Positions 11,290 through 25,095 are shown, counted from the stretch's first letter. The stretch: DNA of 64,000 bases from Leucoraja erinacea (GCF_028641065.1 NC_073377.1:144770001-144834000); one strand, 5' to 3'. Notes: generated from the letters alone by a model not told the origin. Translations and numbers: made by a program.

Positions 11290-14200
11290 ATTTTATATCG
11301 GTCACGTGAGTGACTACGTGAAGAGCCCGGCAGCCCGCATGCGCGTAAATACGTCGTTGCATGGCGCGGGAATCGGAGCAGTTCAAAACTGCGCAGGCAG
11401 GTAGGACAATTTTGTTTCAGGAATGGGCAGCTACTCCAAAAATAGGTGCAGCAGGCCTGGAGAAGCTGACGGTCGCAGCCTGTGCAGCTGCCGTCGTAAG
11501 CGGCCGGATTTGGTAAAGTTGCCGGTGAGGCTCCGGATGTGAGCAGGCGATCGGACTTGGTGAGGCCACCAGTGATGCTCCGGATGGGAGCAGGCAGCCG
11601 GACTTGGTGAAGCCAACAGTGAGGCTGTGGATGGGAGCAGGCGGCCAGTCTTAGTAAAAGTGTCGGGCGCGGCCCAGACAGCTGCCGGCCCAGACAGCTG
11701 CCGCCTTGAGGCTCCGAACGAGAGAAGGCGGCCTGAATTAGGAAAGCTAACGGGCGTGACCCGCGCAGCTGCCGCCAGTAAGGCTCCGGATGGTAGCAGG
11801 CGGCTGACCGCCGAGAAGTTGATGGGCGCAAACCGTCCAGACACCTCCGTGGAGGCTCCAGAGGGAGCAGACAGCGGTACGCTGAGAAGCTGAACGGTGC
11901 GACCCATACAGCATCCTCGTTGAAGCTCCAGAAAGGAGCAGTCGGAAGTCACTAGCTGGCCCCGCATTAACAGCCTGTTGATCCAGGCTTACTGTAGTGG
12001 CAGGCGTGACCTGTCCAGTGAGCCCCGCTGAGGCTCCGAAGGAGCAGCTGCCCAAAGGAGCAGCCTGTTGATCCAAAAACTGGTAGTGCAATCTGTCAAA
12101 AAAGGCAGAAGGCTGTCGAATTAAGCTCAGATTACTAAGATACCAAAGGAACATAAGGGGCCGAAGGAGCGGCCAGGCTAACCAGGCTGGGAGTAAAACT
12201 GGTAGCGTGCCCTGCACAGTAAGCTCCAGCAAGGCTCCAAAGAGACTGTACGCCGAAGGAGTAGTCTGTTCTATTAGGCTCAGAAATGCTGGCAGGCGTG
12301 TCTTGCACAGCAATGTCACTTTTGAGCTCCGGAAGGGAGCTATTTGGCAAGCATGGGACTCAAGATGTGGTCAGACTTCGTCTGCAATGGAACTTCGCTG
12401 AAGCACCAACAAGGAGGGCGTCCAGGAGTCAGAGACGTTGGCAGGTAAGGAACTTTGTTTCAAGAACGGGCTGCTGCTCCGAAAATAGGTGCAGTGGGCC
12501 CGGGGAAGCTGGCACAGCCTGTGCAGCTATTGCCGTGGAGTTTCCGAAAAGGAGCAGGCAGCTGGAATCAATAGGCTGGCGGCTCGGCCGGTGCAGCTAC
12601 CACCGTGGAGGCTCCGTAATTGAGCAGGCGGCCGCATTCAATAAGCTGACGGCTCGGCCGGTGTAGCTACCGCCGTTAGGCTCCGAGTGCGAGCAGGTGG
12701 CCGGATTCAGTAGGCTGACGACACGGCTGGTGCAGCTACTGCAACTGAGGCTCACCTCTGTTTTGGGGCTCCAAGGGAGCAGGTGACTGGTTGAGGAGAG
12801 CTGATGGGTGCGGCCGTACAGACACCTCCATCGAGGCTCAAAAAGAGAGCCAGCCAGATGCCTATAGGAAGCAACACCTGGCTCAGGGTTGTGATATATT
12901 CCTCCCCGCTAGACTCAGTTGAGGCTCAAAAAGGGAGCCGGCCAGATGCCTATAGGAAGCAACACCTGGCTCACAGTTGCATTATATTCCTCCCCTCTAG
13001 ACTCCGTTGAAGCTCCAGAAGGGAGCAAGTCCGGACTCGGAGTCATTAGCAGGCGCGACCTGTCCAGTCAGTATATAATAGAATTGTGCTCCTGGCTCAG
13101 AGACACTTACAGGCTGCTCTAGTCAGATGCCTGTGAAAGCAACACCTGGCTCAGGTTTGTATTATATCTCCCGCTCAGAAGAGGGGAAGCAATACCTGGC
13201 TCAGGTTTGCATTATATTATCTCCCGTTCAGAAGAGGGGAAGCAACACCTGGTTCAGGGTTGCGTTATTTTAGCTCCCGCTCATTAGAGTGGAGTACTGG
13301 AGATTATTACATAACATAACTCAGATTATGGGGATATCGACAAGGAATTCGAATCCCCTTAACTTATGGGGGATATGCTGCAGTTTAATCATATGAAGGA
13401 GTTCCGTCTCTGGCTAAGAGCATCAGTGATTTAACTTCTTATCAGCTAAGGAGGGGTATGTGTTGGATACGGCTGGGAAAAGTGCCAGTCCAGATTAACT
13501 GCCTGACTTTGGATGTTCCAAATGTCAATCTCACCATTTGGGATATCTCAGTGGTGATATGTGGGCAGAGAATTAAAATGTCAGCGCATCCAAAAGACTG
13601 GTCACTGATGTCATTTTGGCCTTTGCAAGGGCAGTAGATGGGTTCAGTTTTCGGTTGTGCGGAAGATGCATTAGCACTTCTATGTAATACGCAGTTGGAG
13701 CTAAATTGCCTTTGCAAAATGCTATAACGCCTGAGGTAATTCCTAAAAAAATTGCTCATTTATGCAGGGCCAGTAACATGCAGCCTGCAAAGTATCTCTT
13801 CGGAGAGGACATTTAGCAAGTTTAAGAATTGGCAGGAAGAACTTTAGGCAGCTGCGGGGGTGGGAGAACCATCCTATAAGGGTAGGGCTTCAGTATTCTG
13901 GCGGATATACCACCTCTATATATAACTAACGGCAGGAATTGTTACTCTGAGGCTGGTTGGAACACCAGGCCTACTCAATTCAGACCTAGCCAGAGGCCTT
14001 TTTTAGGCCCAGGGCCATCGCGCTCACCTTGGTGAAGAGAATGTGTTGCTCACACTGGCGACTGTGATAGGTCGTTCCAGGCAGGAGACTGCAGCAGCAA
14101 CTCCTGGTTCACGGTTGCATTATGATATTTTCCAATCTGAGGGTGATTCTGCCTGTGAGGAGTTGACAGGGAACTCGTATTCCCACACCAAATGGATGCT

Positions 14201-16217
14201 ACGCTTCAATTCTAGTCGCATAAGGATCTGGTGTATGTTCTGATTCTGTCAGACACTGGAGGTTTGTAGGTTAATGCCATCAGTTGAGGCAAAATCAAAG
14301 TCGAAAGGCTTTAACCCCAGAATGTTTTCGAGAATTCTCAGTGGAGAAAAAATGTAGCATGCCAAATCAGGTTAGGATTTGGCTAGTCTTGATCATGTGT
14401 TTGGTTAACCAGTTTAAGATGGATAATGGTCATTCAGCAATTTAGCTGATTCAGAGGATTTAGGGCCTCAATCGATCTTGAAGATGCATACTTGTCCATA
14501 TCTATACACGAGAGGCACAGATATATCTGGTGTGTGTGATGCCAAAGCCAGTGTTGGAAGTTTTAGGCTCTACCTATGGGTTCTGGCCTAAATTGTAGAA
14601 TTTACAAAGATTCTAAAGTTAATTCAGCCCTACTCAGATCAAAAGGGCATTGTGTCATGGAGTTTATAGACGATATGCTTTCGTAGCTGATAAGACTCAG
14701 GAGTTTTATCAGTAGATGCCTCTTACGCTATTAAAGATGAGGCGACATGAATGTTAATAGTACCAATTTGGCCTACTCGTTCAGAGCGTCCATTATAAAA
14801 GGCGGCTGAATGCAACTCCTACTTACTTTAAGTCACAAGTGGTGGCTAGTTCAGCCTATTTCTCCTGCAGCTAGCTCTGTACGGTGGTTTGTGTAGAGAC
14901 ACATGTGAGCTACTTTTTAAACAGAAGTAGCAGAGGTTTGTGGTTCTTTCAGTTTGGGCTTAGAGAAGCGATTGTGTTATCGCACAATTGACACTGCTCG
15001 TGCTGCTTTGTCATTCTCTCTAGTACTTTAAGTCGGACAATAAATGATTGGTTATTAACCCACTGTTAACTAACGTTATGCAAGGTGTATTTTATATGAA
15101 TACTTTTATATGAATATTTGCTCCAAGAATACTTGGCCAATAGACTTACTCACTTACTCTAAAGCCTAAACTCATAATAGTGTGGAATGTGTATCAGTAA
15201 AAATGAGTATGCAGATATTCATCTACTGTATTCCTAAAGTGGAGCAGTATCTTTTAAGTTAATTATGCTGTTAGCAACTGATTTCAGCACAAAGAAAACA
15301 GACTTTACTCTATCTCCGACTGCATCTCTGGGTCATATATGACATGGGGGTCGGTTGTTATGGGAATGATCTCATGAAGCTAAACGGGCACGGCTGGGTA
15401 CAATTTAACAGCATACCTACCAGATCGGAGATTGGGGGTGTTTATTATGTATACAGGGACACTGAGCTTACTAGTACCTATGAGATGAAGGATAGTTTTC
15501 TTCATTGCTATTCAAAAGTTTCACAAGAAATTGCTGGTGTAGACTATCTCAACATGAATAGTGTGTAAGCAGTGAATAGCGGGAGTGAATTCAAATAATT
15601 TCAAGTCTCACTCTACCAGGGGGGGCTGGTTCAGTAGCAGCCAATAGAATGGATATTCCCCTTTGATCATTTTCTTGCAACAGCAGGAGGCTATCATAGT
15701 GCACTTTCAGAAGTTATAAATTGCGTTAAACATGTCTGGATAGTTGCAGATATAATTCTGAACAGTGTTGCATGAGTTATTGTCCTAACTCAAAGCCAAT
15801 TGAGACAATTAGGGGCAATGGACATATATGTAAGTTACCATCACGTTGTTAATAGCCCATGTTTTTTCTACCATTTATGGTTTATGTGTTTACGTGTTTC
15901 ACACACAGATTGATTTACTGCATGAAACCACAGAGCTTTGAAGGCTTCAAGTAGTCACTCACGTGACTTTGTTATAAAATAGAAAGATTGAAGGAGAACT
16001 TACTGTTTGAAGTTTCATCTTTATTTTATGAGAAGTTGAGGTGAGGGACTGCGTTCCCTCCACTCCCAACCGTTTCACATAAAGATCTTTCGGTAAGTCA
16101 AGGGTTATTAATCTTTCTATAGTTTAAGTTTGTGCAAGTGGTCTGCGGTTTCATACAGTTGCTCTGAAGATTGACGCACATGCGGCTGGTGGGCTCTTCA
16201 CGTAGTCCCTCCCCAAC
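11290..16217 (+). mobile_element. DIRS1-like tyrosine-recombinase retrotransposon, degenerate
   Basis: Gag-like DALALLCNTQLELN and KYLFGEDI (~13440-13815). RT motifs ASIDLEDAYLSI (14465-) and FIDD (14663-14674). YR motifs TARAALS, SAQRKQTL and FKSHSTRG (HSTR 15609-15620). The left ITR (11290-11349) is complementary to the right ITR (16171-16211) and to the ICR (15945-16053). Confidence 0.92.
11390..13290 (+). repeat. Degenerate GC-rich tandem repeats in the DIRS 5' region
   Basis: Recurrent GAGGCTCCG...GAGCAGGCGGCC units. A ~100-bp duplication at 11393-11490 and 12440-12535. About five GGAAGCAACACCTGGCTCAG units in 12867-13260. Confidence 0.85.
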
Positions 16218-16707
16218 CCAATTCCTTTGACAGGTTAAATAGAAATGTCCCCAATCTCGTTGTTTTATTAATTGAACACGTAGATGAACATCCTCCAGGA
16301 GTGTAATCAGATGGAAACTGATTCAGATGCGATGTTTAAGAGCTTGTTCAAAGAAGGGGCATATTTTAAAGGAGTGACAAAGATACTTGCAGGGGAATGT
16401 GTGAGGAGGTTATTATTTATCTTTAGTTTTAGCTTGAACCAGGACATCTGAAGATTCAAATTTTAATATAGTAATTGTGCTGATACTGACTCCAAGTGAC
16501 CACGTAATGACTATCATCAATTACAGAGGTTTTATTTTTTGGATGCCATTTAAACTTCACTTGGATTTCAATCACTTCAAAGTAAAAGTAATTGGGAATG
16601 GGGAGCATTGGTGCAAAAATTTGCCCTTTGTACATATGAACTATAATATAATGATATATGCATGTTGGTAGGTGCAATCAAAACAAAGATCTTTTTACCA
16701 TTGTGTT

Positions 16708-16834
16708 CAAGAAAGAACTGCAGATGGTGGAAATTCGAAGGTACACAAAAATGCTGGAGAAACTCAGCGGGTGCAGCAGCATCTATGGAGCGAAGGAAAT
16801 AGGCAACGTTTCGGGCCGAAACCCTTCTTCAGAC
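16708..16834 (-). mobile_element. Penelope pLTR short copy with hammerhead motif
   Basis: Minus strand reads gtCTGAAGAa-GGGT-ttcg-GCCC-GAAACGTT-gc. Nearly identical to the insert at 44189-44279. Confidence 0.75.
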
Positions 16835-17516
16835 TTCTTCAGACATCTTTTTAACATTGTTGTGTTATGAATACCACAGAAAATATTACGTACTCTCAAG
16901 ATCGCAGTAAATAGAATATTATTGCATAAATATATATTGTTGTGGGTCTTTGTATTTTGGAAACGTCCCAGCTGAGGGGAAGACAGCGAAATACTGAAAA
17001 TATTGCGGGTGAAAATAACTTCAGGACAGTTTGTTAGGAAGATGAAGGAAATGGTAACAGATTACTTATACAGCTGAATGAGTATAATTTTAAGGATGAG
17101 AAATTTTATTCAATCAATTGATAACTTTCTTGACAAAGTAACTAGCATGTTAGATAAAAAGGAAGCCAACGGATGTAGCAAATTTTGTTATACCAAATTT
17201 GGTCCGTGAAGTGCCCCATAAAAGATTACTGCATTAGATAAGCACCTGTGAACTTAAACGTATTAGGTTAATTCCAGGGGGAGTTAATGGATATGGGGCT
17301 TTATGTGTAGGCCAGATATATTGTCAATGCAGAGGGGCTAGGAGCAATGACAAGTGTGCATCGAGAGCCAATTCCTGGAATAGTACTAGGTCTGCAGTCC
17401 AAGCTGGGACAATGGGAGTGTTCAGCACTGGGAACCTAAGCAGGTAAGCAGCCATGATCAGGGTAGAATAGGGGGCCAGGTGTTAGGCTTGGTCTCTCGC
17501 AAGGACCCCCAGATCT

Positions 17517-17993
17517 CGTTGTACTTCCCCTTTTCCCAATTTGACACCATTCAGATAATAATCTGCCTTCCTGTTTTTGCCACCAAAATGGATAACCTCA
17601 TATTTATCCACAATAAACTGCATCAACCATGCATCTCCCTACTCACCCAACCTGTACGTCACCCCGCATCCTCATAGCATCCTCCTCTCAGTTCACATTG
17701 CCACCCAGCTTTGTGTCATCTGCAAATTTGCTAATATTACTTTAAATCCCTTCATCTAAATCATGAATGTATATTGTAAATAGCTGCGGTCCCAGCACCG
17801 AGCCTTGTGGTACCCCACTAGTCACTGCCTGCCATTCTGAAGGGGACCCGTTAATCCTTACTCTTTGCTTCCAGTCTGCCAACCAATTTTCTATCCCTGT
17901 CAGTATCCTACCCCCAATACCATGTGCTCTAATTTTGCCCACTAATCTCCTATGTGTGACATTATCAAAGGCTTTCTGAAAGTCCAGGTACAA
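17517..17993 (-). mobile_element. CR1 LINE reverse transcriptase fragment
   Basis: Reads YLDFQKAFD...[32 protein letters not shown], followed by FADD. Confidence 0.93.
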
Positions 17994-17999
17994 TACAGT

Positions 18000-18450
18000 C
18001 GCAGTTGCTAAACACTTTAACCACCCCTCCAATTTCCACACTGGCCTTTCCGTCCTGGGCCTCTTTCACTGTCATAGAGTGAGGCCCAGCGCAAATTGGA
18101 GGAACAACACCTCACATTTCACTTGGGCAGCTTACACCCCAGCAGTATGAACATTGACTTATCTAACTTCAAGTTACCCTTGCTTTCCCTCTCTCTACAT
18201 CCCTCCCTTTCTCTGTTCTCCGACCAGTCTGACTGTCCCCAGGTAAATGTTATAACTGTTTGCTTCATTGTCACCTTCTCCTAGCTAACAATGATCTATT
18301 CTACATTTTCCTTGATTCCCTATCTCTTTTGATGTCTCATTTTCCTTACCCTTCCTTATCTCCGTGTCTCCCACTCCCCCGACTCTTAAGCTGAGGAAGG
18401 GTCTCGGACCAAAACATCTCCCATTCCTTCTATCCAGAGAAACTGCCTGT
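18000..18450 (+). mobile_element. Penelope 3' fragment
   Basis: Reads LEEQHLTFHLGSLHPSSMNIDLSNFK, then a degenerate pLTR (CTGAGGAAGGGTCTCGGACC). Confidence 0.8.
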
Positions 18451-20154
18451 CCCATGGTGATCTGGTAATTATTTTTAACAATATGTAGCAGCACACAGCT
18501 TGATAAATGGATTGAGGTTCCACTGTGCTTCGGATCAAATTGTCAAACATAGAATGAGTGCACCCAACGAAAACCAGCCAGGCAATACTAAGATGCAACT
18601 ATAAAATTGCTTGAAAAGCCCGCTTTAAATATACAGTTTCAATTGCACCAATATCTTCATGTAAATGTTTTTATTGTATTAACTTATAAAAAATATATCT
18701 GATCAGAAATAAAAACTTCCAATCTATCAATAATTCAAAAAATAATACACAATCAGCTCAATTAATGTTAGTGATATTAAAAGACAAGTAATGAAATGGA
18801 TTTGCATTTCAGGCTCCTGCCTGTCACTATATCAAAAGGATTGATCCATTCAATAAACTGGTTAATATTTGCAAGAAAAGAGCAAACACAGAACATTACA
18901 AATGTATATTAATATGTATGTGCTAATACAGCAATGTTTGTACTTTCTCATCTACAAACTTTTTAAAGCAATAAAATATATTATTTATTTGAATATTAAG
19001 TGATCTATCTGGTATTCCATCTTTCCTCAACCATGACATTTTATTAAGGATCATTGAATTTAGTGGAACTCTGATTAAGCCTTGCTAAGTAAGGGCAATG
19101 GTTCGGTTCTTGCCACTTTTGGTTTTGTCCCCTTCTGAGGTTAAAATTAACCTAAGCCTTTTAATCAAATTTTTTTCATGTCCCAGTTTAGTCGCATTGA
19201 GCCTTTCTGGGGGGCAACATGGGTTGTAATTCGGGGTACACAGGTCATTGTTTATCGGGTGATGCACTGAAGTGAGGATACACTGCTCCAACAAGCAATG
19301 GGTATTTCTATAGTCAGAGAAGGTTGCCGTAACCCCACCTCAGGACAACCTCCTCCTTGTTAGTTTCCTGTGTTTGAAAATACAACAAATTAATGCTGCA
19401 AAATAAAACGTTGACCCTTCCTAGCAAAATGTGACATTGAGCTGTCCTTTAGATACACTGGAGCTCCTGTTCCTGTTCACTAAATTCATTAACATCCGTA
19501 AAAGCTATTTGTACAGGTTGGTGGAGATGACAGATTCAAATGCAGGCAAATGGGACCAGCTCAGAAAGACATTTTGGTCAGCATTGACATGTTGAGCGTT
19601 ACAGCCCATTTCAGTGTTGCATAGCTCTATGATTCTCATTTAATTGTTACTGTAATTCAGCATTTTAATAAAGTAGTTTTTCTTCCTCACCGTTTGTCAT
19701 TATCATGATCTCTCCTCAAGGATACAGACAGTACTCCCAACTTAAGGAAGTTTAGAAGTAGCTGGATTTCTCCTTTCATAAATAGCAACTGCCTTGTGAA
19801 AGTAGAAATCAGGTCATAATCATAGAGCATGGTTTTCAGTTACCTCAGTTAACAATTTTTTTTGGGTTGGTTCCTGCTGGTAATCATCCTGCTAACAGAG
19901 ATAAATAAATAAACTTTGCTACCGATATTCCCTTTACCTAAGGACGATAAGGGAATGGAATATGTTACCACCCAACACACGCGCTGCTGCTGATGTTAAG
20001 TCATTAGAAAAGGAGTTGAGCAACTAGATCTCCTCAACTTGGTCAAAAAGGCCCACTTCAAAAATGTAATCGCTGCTCTACTTACTCCGACCTGCACGAG
20101 ATAACCACTGATGAGGTGCTTGCGCAGTAATCAACCAGAACCAGGCCCAGAGAT

Positions 20155-20515
20155 CAAGCTCTAACTTCACATAACCCTTGCTTTCTCTCTCACTCCGTCC
20201 CTCCCCCACCCTAGTTCTCGGACTAGTTTTGCTGATTAATTTTACTGTTTGTATGCCTCGTTGTCATCTTCCCCTCAGCCAACAATGAACCATTCTACAT
20301 CTCCTTGATCATCGTCTGTTTTGATCTGTCGTTTTCACACCTTGCCCTTCCATATCGAGTTTCCCTCTCCCCTGACTCTCAGTCTGAAGAAGGGTCTTGA
20401 CCCGAAATGTCACCGATTCCTTCTCTCCAGATTTGCTGCCTGGCCTGCTGAGTTACTCCAGCATTTTGTGTCTATCTTCAGTATAAACCAGCATCTGCAG
20501 TTCCTTCTTACACTA
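20155..20515 (+). mobile_element. Penelope 3' UTR/pLTR fragment
   Basis: CTGAAGAAGGGTCTTGACCCGAAATGTC at ~20384-20411, plus the shared GCTGCCTG.CCTGCTGAGTTACTCCAGC tail. Confidence 0.75.
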
Positions 20516-22962
20516 AAAATTTGTTAGCTCGGGATACTGATCTGTGATTGTAGACTGAACTCTCCTCAAGAAACAGTCGTGTATGAGGGCTGCTTGTAAT
20601 TATATTACATTTAACTTGGATGTCAGAAAGTATTGTTTCATTTGGGAGTTAACAGTTGCAGGATGTAAGAAACCATTTATTTAAATGCTCTATGTGTCAT
20701 CATGACACTTACAAAGGTAAAATGGCAACAAAGCCTCCTGCGATCTTTCGTGAATATATCAGAATGCGGCATATAGCATTCAACACAGGAAGACCAGAAA
20801 TCTGAAATATACTCTGGGATTGCTTGGCTTTATGTCAAAATCATCTCCTCTTCCACTGTTTCTTGAATTAAGTTATTTAAAGAAAATTCAGCATGACACA
20901 GCCAAATAAGTTTGCAGGAGATGACAATCTCCGCTAAGTTTTATAATAAAGTTTAATTTGCATATACTTCAAGCCGATGAAAAGATAATTTTGCAAGATG
21001 TGCAGATGATCAATGGTTTTATATCCCCAAAGCTGAATTTGATTACCAAAGTATTTTATTGATTAAACTAAGTTTTCAAATGTTTAAATGTAATATCAAA
21101 TTCAGTGAGTCTTTGCAAGTGGATCAGACGACCGGCAGATTTTTTGACCCGTGATCTATTAAGACTTTACATTGCAAAACTGCACTATTTCAGGATATAC
21201 CTGTGAAATCAGTTGAATGAGAAAATTATACTTTTGCATCATCAGTTAATAATGATTAACGTTGGAATATTTTGGCATCCAATGAATTTTATATGACATT
21301 CCCCAGTTTGGTATTTCATATCTTAATTCACTACTAACACAAAGTGGCTGCAAGGTTGTTTTTAATATAAACCCGATGCCAAAAAAGGTTGTCACTCGTG
21401 TTGAAACATGAACACATGAAAAGTAGTATCAGCAGTAGACATTCAATTCCTTCTGATTGCACCATCCATCATTCACCAAAATCACAACTGATCTTGGACC
21501 TCAATACCATTTTCTCGTCTTATCCCTATATCTGTTTTGAATGTTATCAATGATCTTCCACAACCATTCCAAGGCACAGAATTCCAAAGAATTCCCAGCC
21601 TGTGTGAAAAAACCTGTCTCTACATTTTGATACTAAATTGACTACCCTTTATTTTGGGACAGTGACCCCCTCCTAATTCTAGAGTTCTTAACTAGGTGAA
21701 ACATTCTCTGCACATCTGGAATTTTAAGGCTCCTGAGAATGCTGCATGTTTCAATTAGCTCACTTTTCATTCTTCTAAACTATACAAAATAAAGGGCAAA
21801 CCAACTCTATCTCTCCTCATGTGACAGAAGGACATCCCAGAAACCAATCTAGTGAATCTTTGATTCTGCAGCAAATATATCCTTTTTCAGTTATGAAGAC
21901 CAAAATTGCACACAATATTTCAGGTATGATCTCACAAAAGCACTTTACTTACATACAGACCACAACAGGAAAGCATCTTTTCTGCATGATGCTGCCTGAA
22001 CAGCTGAGTTACTTCAGCACATTACGTCTTTTTGTGTTAACCAGCAACTGTTTCAGGAGAGAGTTAGATTTAGCTCTTAGGACTGAATCAAGGGATATGG
22101 GAAAAAGCCAGAACGGGGTACTGATTTTGGATGATCAGCCATGATCATATTGAATGGCGGTGCTGGCTTGAAGGGCAGAATGGCCGACTCGTGCGCCTAT
22201 TTTATATGTTCTATGTTTTCTAAGTGGATGAAGTAGATGATTTAAAACTGATGTATTACTCCTGCACCTATTTTCTATCTTTCTATGTAACCATCTTTTA
22301 ACAATGGGAACAAGCCCTGAACATACACAGTATTCGTTTACTTGCAGGTATGTTGAAGATTAAATGAGAGGAAAGTTCATTGCACTTCATGTCTTGAAGA
22401 ATGTTGGTTGAAGTCTTGTTGAAGTTTTGTTGTGCCCAGATGAGTGCAGAGTTCAGGGAAATTGTCATTGTTAATTTAGTAATTAGTGTGGGCATCCTGG
22501 AAGGCACATGGCAAGATAAGCTAGCTTGCCAGAGGGGTATAACACAGTCTGACAAGGAGAGTCCAGATCATTGGAATCTCTGTTTCTCCCTCCAATCCTC
22601 TGAACAACAGTACACCAACGTTGAAGTATTCTATGGCGGTGATGACAATGATTAGCAATTTTCAGCCAGCAGAGCACCAACCACATATTTGTGAATTGCT
22701 ACTCTACAGTATCTGTTGAATTTGAAAGTCACTGCAGCCCTGACCTCCATTGCATCTTGTTCAATTCTGGCGGCAGCAAAGAATATATGCCACAAATCCG
22801 AATCTGCAGTTTGCTGCTTCAAATGTGACGTCAAGAATGCTCTGTGTTCAAAGAAAGGAGATTCATCTTTTTTTCAAAACAGAAATAGACTAACACCAAC
22901 AGGTATCAGGAGCACATGCATTTGCCAGGATCAGAGCTTCAGGAAAGAATGGATTACTCTCT

Positions 22963-23281
22963 TTAGTTTAGTTTAGTTTAGACAAACAGCAGGGAAACAG
23001 GCCATTCGGCCCACCGAGACAGCACCGACCTGTGATCCCCACACATTAACACTATCCTACACCCACTAGGGACAATTTTTACATTTACCAAGCCAATTAA
23101 CCTACAGACCTGTACATCTTTGGAGTGAGGGAGGAAACCGAAGATCTCAGGGAAAACCCACGCAGGTCACGGCGAAAACGCACAAATTCCATACAGACAG
23201 CACTGGTAGTCGGGATTGGACCCGGATCTCCAGCGCTGGCTGTAAGGCAGCAACTCTACCGCTGCACCACCATGACTGCCC
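22963..23281 (-). mobile_element. V-SINE/HE1-like SINE
   Basis: Reverse complement of the family at 5815 and 46626, with a (CTAAA)n tail. Confidence 0.85.
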
Positions 23282-23969
23282 TGCTCAAGGGAAGTTCCAG
23301 ATTGGTAATAAATGCTCCCCTAAGCTCCCAGATTGCAAAAAATGAACACGGAAAAAATGAATCACAGAATCGTGATAGGGCTTGAGACAGCTGGTGACCT
23401 CTAATTTCTAGGCAGTATTCATTTAGCTACTTTAAAGACAAGGAACTCAAAGCCACACAATAGGTCTTCCCTTTCCCAAGTCCTCTGTTCTTCACTATGT
23501 TTTAGCCATCCCGATTATAGCAAAGTTAGAATCACCTACTCATGAGAATTATAGCTCGTCACTGCTCTCAAAAGGAATCAGGTTTGAGTAATCATTTGCA
23601 ACTTCCCAGCAAAGCCCTGCATTTGCTCCTAGTTGTCAGTAACTCCATTACCGATTATCTGAACGCCTCTGATTACATGTCCTCATCCAAGAAAGATGAA
23701 AACCCACATCATATTTGACGAATCACCCATGTGCATTCACTTTGTTTTCTGCATGGTCTTGTTTGCTCCATTTTGATACAGATGACTGCCGAGTGCAGCT
23801 CAGGTGATGGACGGTTTACTGTCTGGGGAACTTCCAAAATGCAGGATCCATAGGTTATATCCAAAATGCATTGAGGATGATTTGTCCTAAACTTAATTAT
23901 GGCTTATCCCCATTACATACTCCAATCTTCTGTGTCCAGCATCTACGCCAGGAGGAGATCGAAAACTTA

Positions 23970-24206
23970 AGGGCCTCATCCACTTAGGCGACTGCCTAGG
24001 GACTAGTTTTAATGGAATTCACCTACGACACCTGGCGAGAACCTACGACCGCACCTACGACAAACTACAACAACACCTATGTTAACCTACAACAACCTAC
24101 AACAGCAAAAATTGTCGCCACTGTCGCCGAAAAATGTCAACATGTTGAAAAGTTTGCGGCAGTCGCATGTAGTCGCCCAAAAAATTGCCTAAGTGGGACA
24201 GGTCCA
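23970..24206. mobile_element. PIF/Harbinger-type MITE
   Basis: Imperfect TIRs GGGCCTCATCCACTTAGGC / GCCTAAGTGGGACAGGTCC, with TAA/TTA flanks. Confidence 0.7.
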
Positions 24207-24299
24207 TTAGTAGATGGCGCCAAGACACCAACCTCTCCCTCAATGTCACTAAAACATAGGAGCTAGTCGTCAATTTCAGGAATCAGGATGGAATACATG

Positions 24300-24715
24300 T
24301 CCAGTCTGTATCAACAGCACTGAAGTGGAGATGGTCAAGAGTTTCAAGTTCCGGGTTGTAGACATCACAAACAATCTGTTCTGATCCCACCACATTGACA
24401 CTATTGCCGAGAAAGCATAACATCTCCACTTCTTCAGAATGCTAAGGACATTCAAAATGCATCCAGTTACTTTTACGAATGTCTACAGATGCTGTATAGG
24501 AAGCATCTGGATTGGTCACAACTGCCCTGCCAAGAGGTGCAAGAAATTGCAGAACATGTGAACCCAGCCCTGTCCATCATTCAAACCTCTGATTCTCCCT
24601 CCCACTGCCCCCTCTCCTCTCCGATCAACTCCATGTAAGCAGCTAACATAATATAGGACCACTCACCCTCTCATCATATCCTCATCTCCCCCCTCCCATC
24701 TGGCCAAAGATATAA
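24300..24715 (+). mobile_element. Rex1/Babar-like LINE 3' fragment, degenerate
   Basis: Reads VEMVKSFKF.G...ITNNL...LHFFRMLR.F...FYRC and ends in an LPSG-like motif. Confidence 0.6.
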
Positions 24716-24779
24716 TAATAATAATAATAATAATAAATTTTATTTATGGGCGCCTTTGAAGAGTCTCAAGGACACAGTT

Positions 24780-25095
24780 TAGAGTCATAGAGTGATACAA
24801 TGTTGAAACAGGCCCTTTGGCCCAACTTGCCCACACTGCCAACAATGTCCCAGCTAGACTAGTCCCACCTGCCTGTGCCCAGTCAATATCCCTCCAAACC
24901 TGTCCTATCCATGTACCTGCCCAACTGTTTCTTAAACAATGGGATAGTCTCTGCCTCAACTACCTCCTCTGGCAGCTTGTTCCATACACCCACCGCCCTT
25001 TGTGTGAAAAAGTTACCCCTTGGATTCCTGCTAAATCTTTCCCCCTTCACCTTTAACCCATGTCCTCTGATCCTCGATTCCCCTACTCTGGGTAA
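24780..25095 (-). mobile_element. CR1 LINE 3' end
   Basis: ORF 24883-25107 reads RGHGLKVKGERF...FFTQRAVGVWNKLPEEVVEA. Confidence 0.85.

Noticed and set aside
11280-12666. Several overlapping 120-190 aa ORFs
   Set aside because: They are stop-poor GC-rich tandem repeats of the DIRS 5' region, open on both strands.
12830-13280. CRISPR-like repeat array (GGAAGCAACACCTGGCTCAG units)
   Set aside because: The intervening sequences resemble each other, spacing is irregular, the context is eukaryotic and no cas genes are present.
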